A stretch of DNA of 64,000 bases, taken from assembly GCA_051294375.1 (NCBI GenBank), contig CM119265.1, positions 3,767,046 to 3,831,045 of the forward strand. The letters are read 5' to 3'. The notes below the pieces were generated by a model. It ran no database searches. It was not told the origin of the DNA and saw only the letters and a list, made by a program, of their open reading frames with translations. Shown here piece by piece: positions 26,101 through 39,254 of this stretch. How positions within the stretch are numbered: position 1 is the stretch's first letter; every line of letters starts with the position of its first letter. This DNA is from Paraspadella gotoi. Its lineage: Eukaryota; Animalia; Chaetognatha. A program made the position numbers and the translations under genes.

Positions 26101-26473
26101 CGATTTAGAATTAAAAGAACGATACTTAGAATATCAATGTATTAAGCATTTAAGGATAAATTTAAACAATTCTTTTATTTGTTGCAAATGAAAAGAGAAA
26201 AAAAAAACACTTATGCTAAATTTGTTATAAAAATTTTTTTTTTTTTTGCTCTTTTTTTTTTTTGGTTCGTATTGAATGGACTCTTGATCCTTTGGCCCGG
26301 AATCTAACAGTAACTCTCTTTTATTACTTAGTACTTAGTATTTAGTACTACTCTCTTTTCTAACCAAATCTTTGATTGAATAGAAAACACAAAAACAGGT
26401 TTGAAGTGGATTAACGGTCGTTAAACTTTAAATGTTTAATATAGAAAATAGTTAAAAAATGAGAGAGAAACAG

Positions 26474-26512
<39 letters not shown>

Positions 26513-26621
26513 TAAATTTTATTTTATATTTATTTACCTTTTCCAAAAAATCTTACAAAAAATCAGTTGAATTATTTTACCTAATTTATGTTCAGAACAC
26601 GAGGTTATTCTTACCTGCCAT
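23191..26621 (-). CDS. Gene B: paralogous pseudokinase-KEN protein with acidic coiled-coil tail; complement(join(26615..26621, 25789..26040, 23191..25101)), about 720 aa after repairing two 1-nt deletions in exon 2
   Basis: The 673-aa ORF has AHCNIKPANVLL, KLTDFE, YTAPE, ADVYSAG, HPFFW and KEN-like KW..KY..LVDYIRYCRNL..YGSLP. Exon 25789-26040 encodes GNVSLHPATL..AVAKVTRF..LHRSLHDQEGVIK, matching A (GNVSVHPATL..VVTKVTRC..IHKSLE.HEAIIK). Splice sites: CCCCTTCCAG|, AAG|GTGTGA, TTCCCGCCAG|GTT. The first micro-exon ATGGCAG|GTAAGA is less certain, but summed exon length plus 2 nt is a multiple of 3. Confidence 0.85.
25672..25700 (-). pseudogene. 29-nt 3' fragment of mature tRNA-Leu (T-arm, acceptor 3' strand, CCA) in intron 2 of gene B
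   Basis: Minus strand reads CGTGGGTTCGAATCCCACCGCTGCCACCA, the 3' end of metazoan tRNA-Leu(AAG/TAG) plus CCA. No D-arm, anticodon arm or variable arm is adjacent. Confidence 0.8.
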
Positions 26622-27320
26622 GCTTGCGACGAAAATATTATAAAAAAAGTTTATTTTTTCAGTGTTTGTATATCGCTTGTGAAATTAGCTTTAAAGTGTG
26701 AGAGAATCGTAATTTTCAACGATAAAACCTGTTTTTATTGATTTGTTAAGTCGCTCAGGCAGGTAAATCTCGTTTAGAAGCAGCGGAAGATTCTAATTAT
26801 TTTATTATTCTTTGATTAGTAATTAGCGTTTCTTCTTAGTTAACATTAATTATATTGTAAGCGTTTGTACGCAAATTTTTCTTTAAACTATTTCAAATAC
26901 AAGACAGACATTCCATTCGAATTATATATAACGAAATTTTAGTTTTCAGCATAAACCATTCGAAGGTCTTGTGTAAAATTAACTTTATCAAGGTGACTGG
27001 TTTAAAAAAAGCTTCTTTTTTTATTTCGACTCATCTTTAAATATGTATAACCTTTCATGTACTGCGCTTTTGTTTTTATATATAAAAGTTGACGAAATAA
27101 AATGGAGCTGGGGCGCTCTAGCGGAAAAAAAGGCAGAACTGGGAAGAAAGTGTAATCTGATCGTAAATGTGTATCAACTTAAAATATATAATTAGAAACT
27201 TTTTATATAAAAAATAATGAGAAAATTCAAGAAATTAATTAAAAGTTTTCTTTTAATTATTAATTTCTTGAATTTTCTTAGAAAGAAAGAAAAAAAAAGA
27301 AAAAAAAGAAAGAAAAAAAA

Positions 27321-27356
<36 letters not shown>

Positions 27357-28419
27357 AACATAGAAATATAGAAACAGAAATAGAAAAAAAAATCAAATTC
27401 GCCATCACTTCCGCTCCGATCGTTTCGCTCCATTAACGTCGACGCCTCCTTGGCGTAGCGCCAACCAACCCTTTGCCCTTGGCGTTACGTCACGACGTAT
27501 CTAGTAGTTAAGACAAGTTGTTGCGTTTCACTTGGGGAAAAGTTAATTATGTTTTTAGGGATGATTTTTTTTGTGCGCCACCATGCGTTTTTTTTTGCCA
27601 TGTGTGACGCACTTGGTTCTTGGTTTTACGCCACACATTTTTTATTTGCACCACGGGATCAGTTTTTACGCCACGCCGATTCTTTTTCTTTTTTTTTTGC
27701 GCCACGATGCTACTTTTTTTTCGCCGGCAGAGTGGGGAGCGAGTGGGGACGAAGATTCGTTGTGCGCCCAAGAGGAAAATCTGTTAAAAACACGAAATCC
27801 GTGAAAAATGTCGAAAGATGTTTGGAGGGAGAAGAGAAGTGGAGGGGGGTGGGGGAGTGAGAAGGAAGGGGGAAAGGGGAGAAAAATTAGAGGAAGGAGG
27901 AATGGGAGGTATGTCAGGCAAAGGTGAAAGAAGAGATAAGCAGACGAGAAATGTGTAGTTAAAAATTAAAAAGTATATTCAAAACGATCGCTATTTGGTC
28001 ACATTAAATCGGTACTACCGATATAAGATTTATCAATTCATTTAATAAATAGACTAAATTGCCCCTAACTTTGGACATTCGTCAATCTTAAAATATTATG
28101 ACATGACATGACATGACATGACATGTTTATGTCGTTTTAAGTCGTTTTCTTACCAAGTTTTGTCTTTAGTCGTAGTTTCGTTTGATTCTTATGTACATAC
28201 TGACTAATGAATATACCATTTTGATTTGGAAAAAAAGGCATTGTGATTCCCCTTACAATTTAATTACCTAATGTATTAAATGGTTTCAAATCCACTAATT
28301 TTGATATAATTCTATTACTTTAACAACTGATATTCAGTCAAGAGATTTTTTTTCTCTTTTCAATTTTCTCCGCCTTCGACCTTTTTTTTTATTCCCATCT
28401 CTCTCACTCGGTCGGCTTG

Positions 28420-28851
<432 letters not shown>

Positions 28852-29885
28852 GAAGAGGGGAAGTGGGGGAGTGTGAAATAGAAATAGAAAAACGATCGCT
28901 ATTTTTTAGCAAATATTTTTCAAAAAATTATGTTATTCCTAACATTTTCTACACTTTTCCCTGCTTTTTTATTTGCTTTCTTCTAACGTTTGGACTCTAA
29001 TCAAAAAACAGGTAAGTCAATTTCAAAATATTTGATTTTGTTTATTTACATAAAAACCATAGGCTAAGAACACCGATAAATAAATCACGTACTTGCAAAA
29101 ATTAATACAATCGGAAACGCACGAAAAAGTAAAGAATTTGCAAAGAGAGAATGAGCGCACCTCTTTATGCAAATTAGAGAGAAACCGAGATTATACAACC
29201 GAAATAAAAACTCGAAAAAAAGATCTCTCCTCTCCAAAAAAAATAAAGATAAAGAGATAAACAAGAAATGAAAAAAAGAAAAAGAAAGAAAGAAGAAAGA
29301 AAGAAAGAAAAAGTAGGAATGAATTATAATGAGCGTGAGGCAGATTCACCTCCTGTCTCTTCGTCGACCAAGAATTCACTTCTCTTCACATCTTCACTTC
29401 ACGACCACTCTGTCTCCCTCCTCTTCCTCCTCCTCCTCCTCCTCTTCCTCTTCCTGCTCCAAGCCCCGAACCATAGAAGGTTCATGAAGCCACGTGTATC
29501 GCACCATGACGTCTCTCCATCGACGGTGCACCATAAAAATCTCGCTCGTTCGTTCGTTCGGCCGTCGTCGTCGTCGTCGTCGTCGTCGCTCCAATGAAGA
29601 CGTTTCTTTGATGCTACTCATTAAATGCAGATTGAGAAAATCTTAGGGAAAAACGACTTTGAGAAGAGAGAAAGAGAGAGATGGATNNNNNNNNNNNNNN
29701 NNNNNNNNNNNGACTGGCATAGAGAGAGAGAGAGAGGAAGGAGATGTGAATACGGAGATATGAAGATAGAGAGAGAGAGATGAAGAGAGAGACGATGAGA
29801 AGGAGAGAGAGTAGAGAGATGACTTTTGAATAATACTAAAATGGATTGTGTTTTTGTATTTTTATTTTTCATTTTCTGAAGATGC

Positions 29886-30330
29886 ATCAAATCGGTAATT
29901 AGAAAATGAATAATATATAAGGGTTAAGATCTCCTTTCTTCTAACTTATTTTCTTTTCTTCTTCTGTTCTTTCTTTCTTTCTTCTTTCTTTTCTTTCTTT
30001 CTTTCTTTCTTCTCTTTCTTTCTCTTCTTTTTTCTTTTCTTTCTTTCTTTTCACACAAAAGTAGAGAAAAAGAGATTAAGTGCGAGAAGATAAAAATCAG
30101 AAGAGAAAAAAAAGCAGAGAAAAACAAAATGGCCACAGCTCAGTCGAAAAAGAAATCAAATGAAAAGAAAAAAAAGAGGAAAAAAGGAAAGAAAGATTTA
30201 AAGGAAAAGGTAAAGATCTCTCTCTTTTTTTTTTAAAAATGGGATTTTTTTATTTTTTATTTTTTCATTTCGAAATGATCAAATCGGTAATTGAAAAGAA
30301 AAAAAGGAAGATTCTCTTTCTTTCTTTTTT

Positions 30331-30405
<75 letters not shown>

Positions 30406-30560
30406 CTCTGTTTACACAAAAGTAGAAAAAGAGAATTAAGTGAAGAAGATAAAATCAGAAAGAGAAAAAAAAGAGAGAAAAAACAAAATGGCCACAGCTC
30501 AGTCGAAAAAGAAATCAAATGAAAAGAAAAAAAAGAGAAAAAAAAAGGAAAGAAAGATAA
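29886..30560. repeat. About 360-390-bp tandem duplication
   Basis: ATCAAATCGGTAATT ... AAAACAAAATGGCCACAGCTCAGTCGAAAAAGAAATCAAATG occurs twice. Confidence 0.85.
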
Positions 30561-30904
30561 AGGAAAAAAGGAAGGAAAAAAGAAAGGAAAAGGAAAAAAG
30601 GAAAGAAAGATGAAGGAAAAAAGTGAGGGGAAAAAAGGGAGGAAAAAAAAGGAAAAAAGGAAAGAAAGATAAAGGAAAAAAGGGAGGAAAAAAGGAAAGA
30701 AAGATAATTAAAAAAGGGAGGAAAAAAGAAAGGAAAAGGAAAAAGAAAGAAAGATAAAGGGAAAAAAAAGGAAGGAAGTCGATGAGAAATGTTCGTTGGT
30801 TGATTTTCCAGGTGAATAAATATTTGATTGAAGACAAGGTCAAACGAAGAGCCGTGCGACACTAAAGCTAAAAGACATTCTCTCTCTCTCTCTCTCTCTC
30901 TCTC

Positions 30905-30940
<36 letters not shown>

Positions 30941-31136
30941 AGAGAGCGTCCGATTGTCGCCGTTAGATCAACACTTATGCCGCCATCAAAAAGAAAAACG
31001 ATTAGATGCCGATGAAGATATCATTTATTCATTGAAGAGCACAGAGAGAGAGAGAGCACACAGAGAGAGAGAAGAGAGAGAGAGAAGAGAAGAGATGAGA
31101 GAGAGGAGCAGCAGAGAGAGAGAGAGAGAGAGAAGA

Positions 31137-32703
31137 GTCTCGGTCTAACGGACGCAGTCGAAAGGAGCGCGGTGGCCAAGAGCATCGCGGTCGACAAAAG
31201 AAATGGAATAACGAGAAGCTTATCGCTTTCGCTCTTTTTTTTATGTCGACTTATTCTTCTTTTTTCGTGTACTCGAACGAACCAAGAAAAAAAAGGAAAT
31301 GCCGTCATAGATTACGAATTATAGAGCATAACGTAAAAAAAATACCGAGATGCTATTAAATTGATCAGATCTCTGGAGAAATTGGCCCCACGCGAAACAT
31401 AAATTTTTTCCTGCAGGTCGATATTAAGAATTGTTTTAACAGTTACAGCAATGTTCTCGTCGTCGATCGTCACTGCAGTCCTTTGTTCCCGTCGTCGGTC
31501 TCGTCCTGTCGGACGTCGTCAACAGTTATCGTTATCGTGATCACAGTGATGTGAAACGCGCTTTTTTTTACAAATTTTTTATTGTTTTGACTCAAAAGTT
31601 TATAAAAAATATTATTTTTAAAATGTATTCCAGACAGGCTTGTTTTTCTGGTCAATATCACTCTTATATCTTTATGCAAATAAATAAAATTTTAAAATAA
31701 ACATAACTTGATTTTACCGAAGGGCTAGCTTATTGACATAACATTGACTAACTCTACCATCACTTACAAACTAGTAAACTAGTTAATAATTCAACGATAT
31801 ATATCGCGAAATTGTCTTCATAGTCCTCCTCGGGGTGTATGATTGGTTCTGTAGTTTCGTCTATTACTACGCGTGAAATTGAGTCTTTGTCACACGTTGA
31901 GAGAGAGAGAGAGAAGGAAGAGAGAGATGAGAGAGAGAGAAGAGAGAGAGAGAGAAGAGAGAGAGAGAGGAGGAGAGGAGAGAGCNNNNNNNNNNNNNNN
32001 NNNNNNNNNNTCTCTCTAACGGTGAAAGAACAATTTCACGCGTAGAAAGACGAGATGACAATTTCGGATATATATCGTCGAATTATTAACTTGTTTTCTT
32101 AGTTTGTAAGTGATTGGTTAGTTTAGTTTAGTCAATAGTTTAGTTTAGTTTAGTCAATAGCTAGCCCTTCGTAAATGTCAAGTATGTTTATTTAAAATTT
32201 TATTTTAATTGCATAAAAGATACAAAGAGTGATTATTGACCGGAAAAAAGGCCTCCTGGAATACATTTTAAAAATATATATTTTTTAAAACTTTTGAGTC
32301 AAACAATAAAAATTTGAAAAAAACGCGTCACATCACTGGATCACGATAACGATAACGTTGACGACGACGACGACGACGACGAAAAGGACGGCAGTGACGA
32401 CGACGACAATTGCGAACGTTAAAATCCAATTCTTAAAATCGACCCAGGAAAAAATTTATGTTTCGTGGCCAATATTCTCCAGATCTATATCAATTTAACA
32501 TCTCGGTATTTTTTTTACGTTATGCTCTATAATTCGAGCATGACGGCATTTCCTTTTTTTTTGGTCGTCGATACAGAAAAAAGAAAATAAGTCGACATAA
32601 AAAAAAAGAGCGATAAGCGATAAGCTTCTCGTCATTCCATTTCTTTTTTTCGACCGCGATGGCTCTTGGCCACCGCGCTCCTTTCGACTGCGTCCTTGAC
32701 CGA

Positions 32704-32709
<6 letters not shown>
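31137..32709. repeat. Long inverted repeat (arms about 31137-31900 and 32011-32709) centred on an (AG)n tract and a 25-N gap
   Basis: GGACGCAGTCGAAAGGAGCGCGGTGGCCAAGAGC (about 31150) is the reverse complement of about 32662-32695; similarity continues inward to the gap. Confidence 0.9.
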
Positions 32710-32738
<29 letters not shown>

Positions 32739-33513
32739 NNNNNNNNNNNNNNNNNNNNNNNNNNNNNNNNNNNNNNNNNNNNNNNNNNNNNNNNNNNNNN
32801 NNNNNNNNNNNNNNNNNNNNNNNNNNNNNNNNNNNNNNNNNNNNNNNNNNNNNNNNNNNNNNNNNNNNNNNNNNNNNNNNNNNNNNNNNNNNNNNNNNNN
32901 NNNNNNNNNNNNNNNNNNNNNNNNNNNNNNNNNNNNNNNNNNNNNNNNNNNNNNNNNNNNNNNNNNNNNNNNNNNNNNNNNNNNNNNNNNNNNNNNNNNN
33001 NNNNNNNNNNNNNNNNNNNNNNNNNNAAGAGGCCGTCAACAGGCCGACATCAGGTTAAGCGTTAAGGGCGACACAGAATTTATCACAAAAAATGATGTTT
33101 TTGTGACATTTTTTCCCTTATTCGATGAGAAAAGAATAACGAATTCTGTCGGAAATTAAAAAACCATACGAATCAATACTTTATATTTTATATTTCTTTT
33201 TTGTAAAAAAAGGGGGAAAAAGGAATACGCAATACTTTTTTCACAGATATTAAAACTAAAGCTTACAAATATTGAGTTTGTGAGTCATTCACATCATATT
33301 ATCATATTTTGTATCCTTATAAACAAAAAGAAAACAAATAACAAAAACTTGATTGTGTTGAAAACATCGACAGACTGCTTATCCCCCCGTCTACAAACGA
33401 CCTCACCCTTTCTCGTTTTGACCTGACCTGAACTCACCCAACACTGAATCTGACCCGACCCCGAGCCAGGAAACCCATCTCCTTCTCCTCTTCCTCCTCG
33501 TCTCCTTACTCAC

Positions 33514-33622
33514 CCGAAACTCGACAGAGAGCGAGACAGAGTCATCAGCCTCCTCCTCTTCCCCTTCCCCTTCGCAGGTACTAATGCGCCGTTCACGCGC
33601 ACTGCTCGCCTTTCCGTTGCCA

Positions 33623-33679
<57 letters not shown>

Positions 33680-33902
33680 TGTTCGAAGGCATTCGCTGTT
33701 TTTCATTTTTCGCCGTCGAAGGGCGAAAGGAAGTCGCCGGCCGCGAGATCGCCGGAAGTTTCGCCAAAAATTCGTCGCAGATATTCGCCTCATCGTCGCC
33801 AAATGTTTTCACTTTGAATTCGTTCGATTTTTCGTCGTCGCTTTGATTTTTCACGATTGATCGATCGAGCGGACGCGATGACGTCGAAGGTCGCCTTGAC
33901 AA
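33514..33902 (-). CDS. Possible coding exon(s) of a low-complexity protein with RPSTS/RPATS/RPSTA motifs
   Basis: GC-rich open frame SRRPSTSSRPLD...ISRPATSFRPSTAKNE. After a (CT)n tract comes ...STCEGEGEEEEADDSVSLSVEFR ending at a CGG|GTGAGT donor. No recognisable domain. Confidence 0.3.
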
Positions 33903-34278
33903 CCGAAACGCTACTTCGAACTCATCGCCATGACAACCGATCGCGTCCGTGGACTGACACCCTCGTTGACCTCTTTGGCCGGCGACGAGACGAAAGGGTC
34001 AGAAGAGGTCAAATTGGGTGACAAGGGTTACGAAGATCACCAGATGGAAATCTCCAATTTAGATTTCGAAATTAAGTGATGTTATTCTCTTGGGGAAAGA
34101 GAATGACTTAATGATTCTTTTGTTATTGGCCATGAAAAATCAATACTGTTATTATCAGTTAAACGTTATGATAAGTATTTTCTTAGAAATTGTTTTCTTT
34201 TATTTTGGGTTAAAAATATTCCGAGAATAAAAACATTCAAGGACTCAATTTAAGTTGTCAAACAAAAATGGCCGCAAT

Positions 34279-34383
<105 letters not shown>

Positions 34384-35055
34384 CTCTCTTTACCCCCTCC
34401 ATCTCTTGGTTATTCATTTCTTCTGACCAAGAGACGCTTCCCGTTCAAAGCCAAAGGTCGAATCTTTATTGAAATTCGAAATCAAATAAAATTTAATAAA
34501 ATTCGAAATTAAAAGAAATAAAAGGAAGAGGAGACATCGACAATTTCCTCTGCAACGCCAAGACTCGTTGCCGTCTGCAACGTTTCTTTCTCTTTGACCA
34601 TTTCATCAACCATTTTGCAGAAGGAAAGTTTTTTTTTTTTTTTTCAAGAAAATGTTACATTTTTTTAAAGAGCGACGTAAAAAAAAAACAAATAAATGAT
34701 TTGCTTAACAGCGATATAAATAAAATATAGAGCCGTAAATTAACAAGATTATTTTAGTATTTGGAAAATTTATAAAATAAGAATTGCATTCTCGAATGAA
34801 ATTTAACTCATAAAAAATATTAATAATAATTTTAATTCAAATCGATATTTTTTTCCTCCACCTATTTAAACTTCCATATTTGGATCGCGATGGATGTAAC
34901 CATTTTCTCGAGACATTTACGAGATGGAATCGTCTCCTCATTGGCGCCGAGTGGAACACCCACAACTCTTCTCGGGCGTCGCCGATTGTGGGAGACATTC
35001 GCGCCGGTTCGAACGACGCCGAGCCACGCCCAGGGTCGACATCACTTGGCGCGGC

Positions 35056-36590
35056 GCCCCCAAGTGTCTCAGACGTGGGACTCGATTCTTTGGCGCCGGT
35101 AGATTTAAGCGAGGAACATCCGATGCTGTAACCGATGCGACAGCAGATGCAGCAGTGGATTCACGATCAGATTCAGCAGCAAGCAGTATGCGGTATGCAG
35201 GCTGCGGAAAAACCAGAAAAGTCCGACAACATTCTGCAATAAATTGAAATTCGCATCAGATGCAGATAACAATTCAAATGACAATTCAAGTGACAATCCG
35301 GTGGAGATTGCTTTCATCGTCAAAATGAAAGAAACGTAAACAAAACGATATTAACTAAAATTTCACAAACAGTTTAAAAGATACCTGGTACCAATAACTC
35401 CATCTTTCGGTTCCCGCCATTTTTCATTTCTGCCGCCATTGAAAACGCCGCAACCGACTTTTTGAATTCCTTGGCTCCAAGAACCTCCGGCTTCGTCAGC
35501 GCCGGTTTCTATCCTCAACGGCGCCGGCTTTCTCCCCTCGGCGTCATCCTTCCGGGCATTTTTCTTCTTTCCTTTCCTTTCCTCTATTCCTCCCCTTCTC
35601 CTCCGCTGGAAACGCCTTCTCTCCTCCTCTTCCTTTCCTTTTTTTTTCTCCGCCATCCCCGCCGGAGAAAAGGGAGGAACGGCGGGAAAGAAAAATGGGA
35701 GGAAGGAAAGAGAAGGAAAAGGGAGAAAGGGAGGAAAAGGAAGGAAGGGAGGAAAAGAAAAAGGGAGGAAGGGAGGAAAAGGAAAAAGGGAAGAGAAGNN
35801 NNNNNNNNNNNNNNNNNNNNNNNCCGCCCCCAATGTCTCAGACGGTGGGACTCCGATTCTTTGGCGCCGGTAGAATTTAAGCGAGAACATCCGTATGCTG
35901 TAACCGATGCGACAGCAGATGCAGCATGGATAATCAACGATCAGATTCAGCAGCAGCAAGCAGTATGCGGTATGAGGCTGCGAGAAAAACCAAAAAGTCC
36001 GACAACATTCTGCAATAAATTGAAAATTCGCATCAAGATTGCAGATAACAATTCAAATGACAAATTCAGTGACAATCCGGTGGAGATTGCTTTCAATCGT
36101 CAAAAGGTGAAAAGAAACGTAAAACCAAAACGATATTAATAAAAATTTCACAAACGTTAAAAAGATCCTTGGTACCAATAACTCCATCTTTCGGTTCCCG
36201 CCATTTTTCATTTCTTGCCGCCATTGAAAAACGCCGCAACCGACTTTTTGAATTCCTTGGCTCCAAGAACCTCCGGCTTCGTCAGCGCCGGTTTCTATCC
36301 TCAACGGCGCCGGCTTTCTCCCCTCGGCGTCATCCTTCCGGGCATTTTTCTTCTTCTATTCCTTTTTCCTCTATTCCTCTCCCTTCTCCTCCGCTGGAAA
36401 CGCCCTTCTCTCCTCCTCTTCCTTTCCTTTTTTTTTTATCTCTCGCCATGCCCGCCGGAGAAAAGGGAGGAACGGCGGGAAAGAAAATGGGTAGGAAGGA
36501 AAGAGAAGGAAAAAGGGAGAAAGGGAGGAAAAGGAAGGAAGGAGGAAAAGAAAAAGGGAGGAAGGGAGGAAAAGGAAAAAGGGAAGAGAA
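35056..36590. repeat. About 750-bp direct duplication across a 25-N gap (35056-35798 / 35824-about 36590)
   Basis: Both copies run from CGCCCCCAA.TGTCTCAGACG to the GGAAAA-rich tract and differ by small indels. Confidence 0.9.
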
Positions 36591-37270
36591 GAAAAGGGAG
36601 GAAGGGAGGAAAAGGAAAAGAGGAGGAAGAGGAAAAGAAAAAGGGGAGAAAAGAAAAAGGGAAAAAGGGACGAAAAGGAAAGGAGGAAGGAGGAAAAGAA
36701 AAAGGGAAAAGAAGGAAAAGGGAGGATAGGAGGAAAGGGAAAAGGGAGGAAGGGAGGAAAAGGAAAAAGGGAAGAGAAGGAAAAGGGAAGGGAGGAAAAG
36801 GAAAAAGGAGGAAGGGAGGAAAGGAAAAGGGAAGAGAAGGAAAAAGAAAAGGGAGGAAGGGGAAGAAAAAGAAAAAAGGAAGAAGAAGAAAAAGGAGAAA
36901 GGAAGGAAAAGGAAAAGGGAGGAAGGAAGGAAAATGAAAAAGGGAAGAGAAGGAAAAAGGAGGAAGGAAGGAAAAGGAAAAAGGGGACAGAAGGAAAAGG
37001 GAGGAAGGGAGGAAAAGGAAAAGGAGGAAGGAAAAAAAAAGAATTGAGAAAGTAAAGGGAGTAAAGAAGAAGGGAAAGGAGGAAAGGCATAAAGGATCAG
37101 AGGGGAAACAAAGGAAAGGAAAGAAAAAAATGCAGTTGAGAGGAAAATAGACAAAATGTAAGAAAGGAAAATAAAAGAAAGAGGAAAAAAGAACAAACGG
37201 AAGAAAAAAAGTAAAAAAAGGATAGAAAATAAAAGAAAGAAAGAAACTGATGAAAGAGGAAAGAGGAAAA
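36480..37270. repeat. About 800-bp near-pure polypurine low-complexity tract (GGAAAA/GGGAGGAA units)
   Basis: Almost only A and G on the + strand. Confidence 0.9.
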
Positions 37271-38166
37271 TTACCGAAATATATAATTATTAACTGGAAA
37301 CGAAAATTACTTTTTTTTTACATTGTTTAATCTATTTCCTAATTGAAGGGCACGCGCGGCGAATAAAAATATTATATTTTTTTGCGATAATTTACATTAA
37401 TTCTTACTTTAAATATAACTTTTTCGTTGTTTTGCTCTCTCTCAAATCATTGTCATTGTCGCCCAGAAATAAAAGAGATAATTATCCTCGGATAAACGAA
37501 ATTCCGAAAGAAAACTTGAGTCTCGAAAACTAAAAGGATTTCAACGGTCGTCGACGAATTAAACTTCATTATTTTTTAACAAAACTCGAATTTCGTCTCA
37601 AAGACAGAATAGTCGGAAGCCAAGCGAAAGCAGCGATATCCTATGATATCTGTGTTCGAGTAATCTCCCGATATCTGGTTCAAGCAAACCCTTGCAGCCC
37701 AATTGAACTCACAACGACATTAGATTCACCAGATTTCCGAACACAAATTACTCACGATGATTTAAGACGACGATTGTGCTCGATGATTTTTTTTCGTATC
37801 CCACGCTACGCGAATACGAACCGGAACCAAAAGTGATACGTAGTACAGAGCTCTATTCGTCAGCGTATCGCGGCGACGTATCCGCGTTTATTTTCTCAAC
37901 TTAGCGCTCAACGTATCGTAGATTCGCTTTCTCGCGCTTTCGTCGTAATTCACGAAATCGTCCAAGCAGTACGCCTCAGCCGCCGCCGCCGCCGCCGCCG
38001 CCGCCGCTGCCGCAGCCGCGTACCGCATTGACGCCGCGGCGACGCCGGCGACAGAAACGCCCGAACAAACTCCGGCGCCGATTCAATAGGCGATCGTAAA
38101 ACTGTTTCCATGACGATTTGTTGAAAGTGACTTCAGTGTAGAAACAATCTCTTTGATTGGCCCTTT

Positions 38167-38207
<41 letters not shown>

Positions 38208-38215
38208 CCCCAGCC

Positions 38216-38416
38216 ATGGTGTGGAGCTGGGTATACGAGTCCCAACACCACCCCGGCTCCGGTTCCACCCCCAGCGCTTGCTCCACCTCCACCCCTGGGG
38301 GCGGCCCTCCTTCCTCCTCCTCTCACGGGGGTGGCGGCGAAGGCAGCGCAGGAGCCCCGTCACCCCTGGGGCCTCTTCACCCTCATCACCACTCCCACCC
38401 ATCAACTCACCACCCC

Positions 38417-38449
<33 letters not shown>

Positions 38450-38582
38450 GGGTGCGGACCCGGCACCGCCAACGGTTCCACCACTCCGGATCCGCAAACG
38501 TCGCCCGCGGCGCTGCAGTTTAACGTCAGCATGAATCTCGCCTTTCAACACTCCAATCCCTTTGGAGATCCTGATTATTACG
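38216..38582 (+). CDS. Coding exon of a poly-His, Ser/Gly/Pro-rich protein, resembling a transcription-factor N-terminus (partial)
   Basis: Acceptor (CT)n-CCCCCCCAG| then GCCATGG Kozak context. Open frame MVWSWVYESQHHPGSG...HHHHHHHHHH...LQFNVSMNLAFQHSNPFGDPDYY, donor G|GTAGGT. No DNA-binding-domain exon was found in the window. Confidence 0.6.
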
Positions 38583-39164
38583 GTAGGTGGAGTGACGGAC
38601 CGGAGTGGTAGAGGACAATATGGAGAGCCTCGTTTTTCTGGAAATGCCTCGTTTAGATACAATGGCGTTTAACATATTTGTTTTTCTAAGTTATATCGTG
38701 CCTTTTCATGAAAATGATTTTTTTTTTTGACGTGAACATTTTTAATTCCTTTGAAAAAAGGAAAGTTCAGAATCAGATTAACAGGATAACTTTGGGTTTG
38801 GTCAAATTTGTGGAAACCCAGTTAGACAGTTTAAACAATAAAAGTTCTTCAATTTTCTTCAAATTCTTTAAATTACTTCAAATTTTAATCTTTAAAAAAT
38901 ACTAATTATAAAATACAATTTATAAACATTAATAATACAATCATAATCTTTAAAATAAAAAAAAATAGTTGACTCACGACTGTGACCCTGTGATCGACCT
39001 CACGTCGTCTCACCGTTCGATTCACATTTTTCGATTCACGTGGTTCCGTCGGCTTTATCACGTGACAAGACAAAGTAGACTAATTGTCTCACAGCATCGG
39101 ATACATAAAGAGTATCGCCTCTCGTTTTCAATCTCTTTATCGCAGCATGACTATCGCAGCTGAT

Positions 39165-39254
<90 letters not shown>

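Noticed and set aside
34880-36139. Possible retrotransposon pol C-terminal tail (..VKRNVKPKRY)
   Set aside because: Frameshifted, with no RT, RNase H or integrase motif nearby; resemblance too weak.
35056-36590. Gap-flanking tandem duplications as real segmental duplications
   Set aside because: Overlapping contig ends around fixed 25-N gaps with indel-type differences indicate scaffolding artefacts until read depth shows otherwise.
36169-37196. Long K/G/R/E-rich and F/L/P/S-rich ORFs
   Set aside because: Polypurine low-complexity tract, open in most frames.
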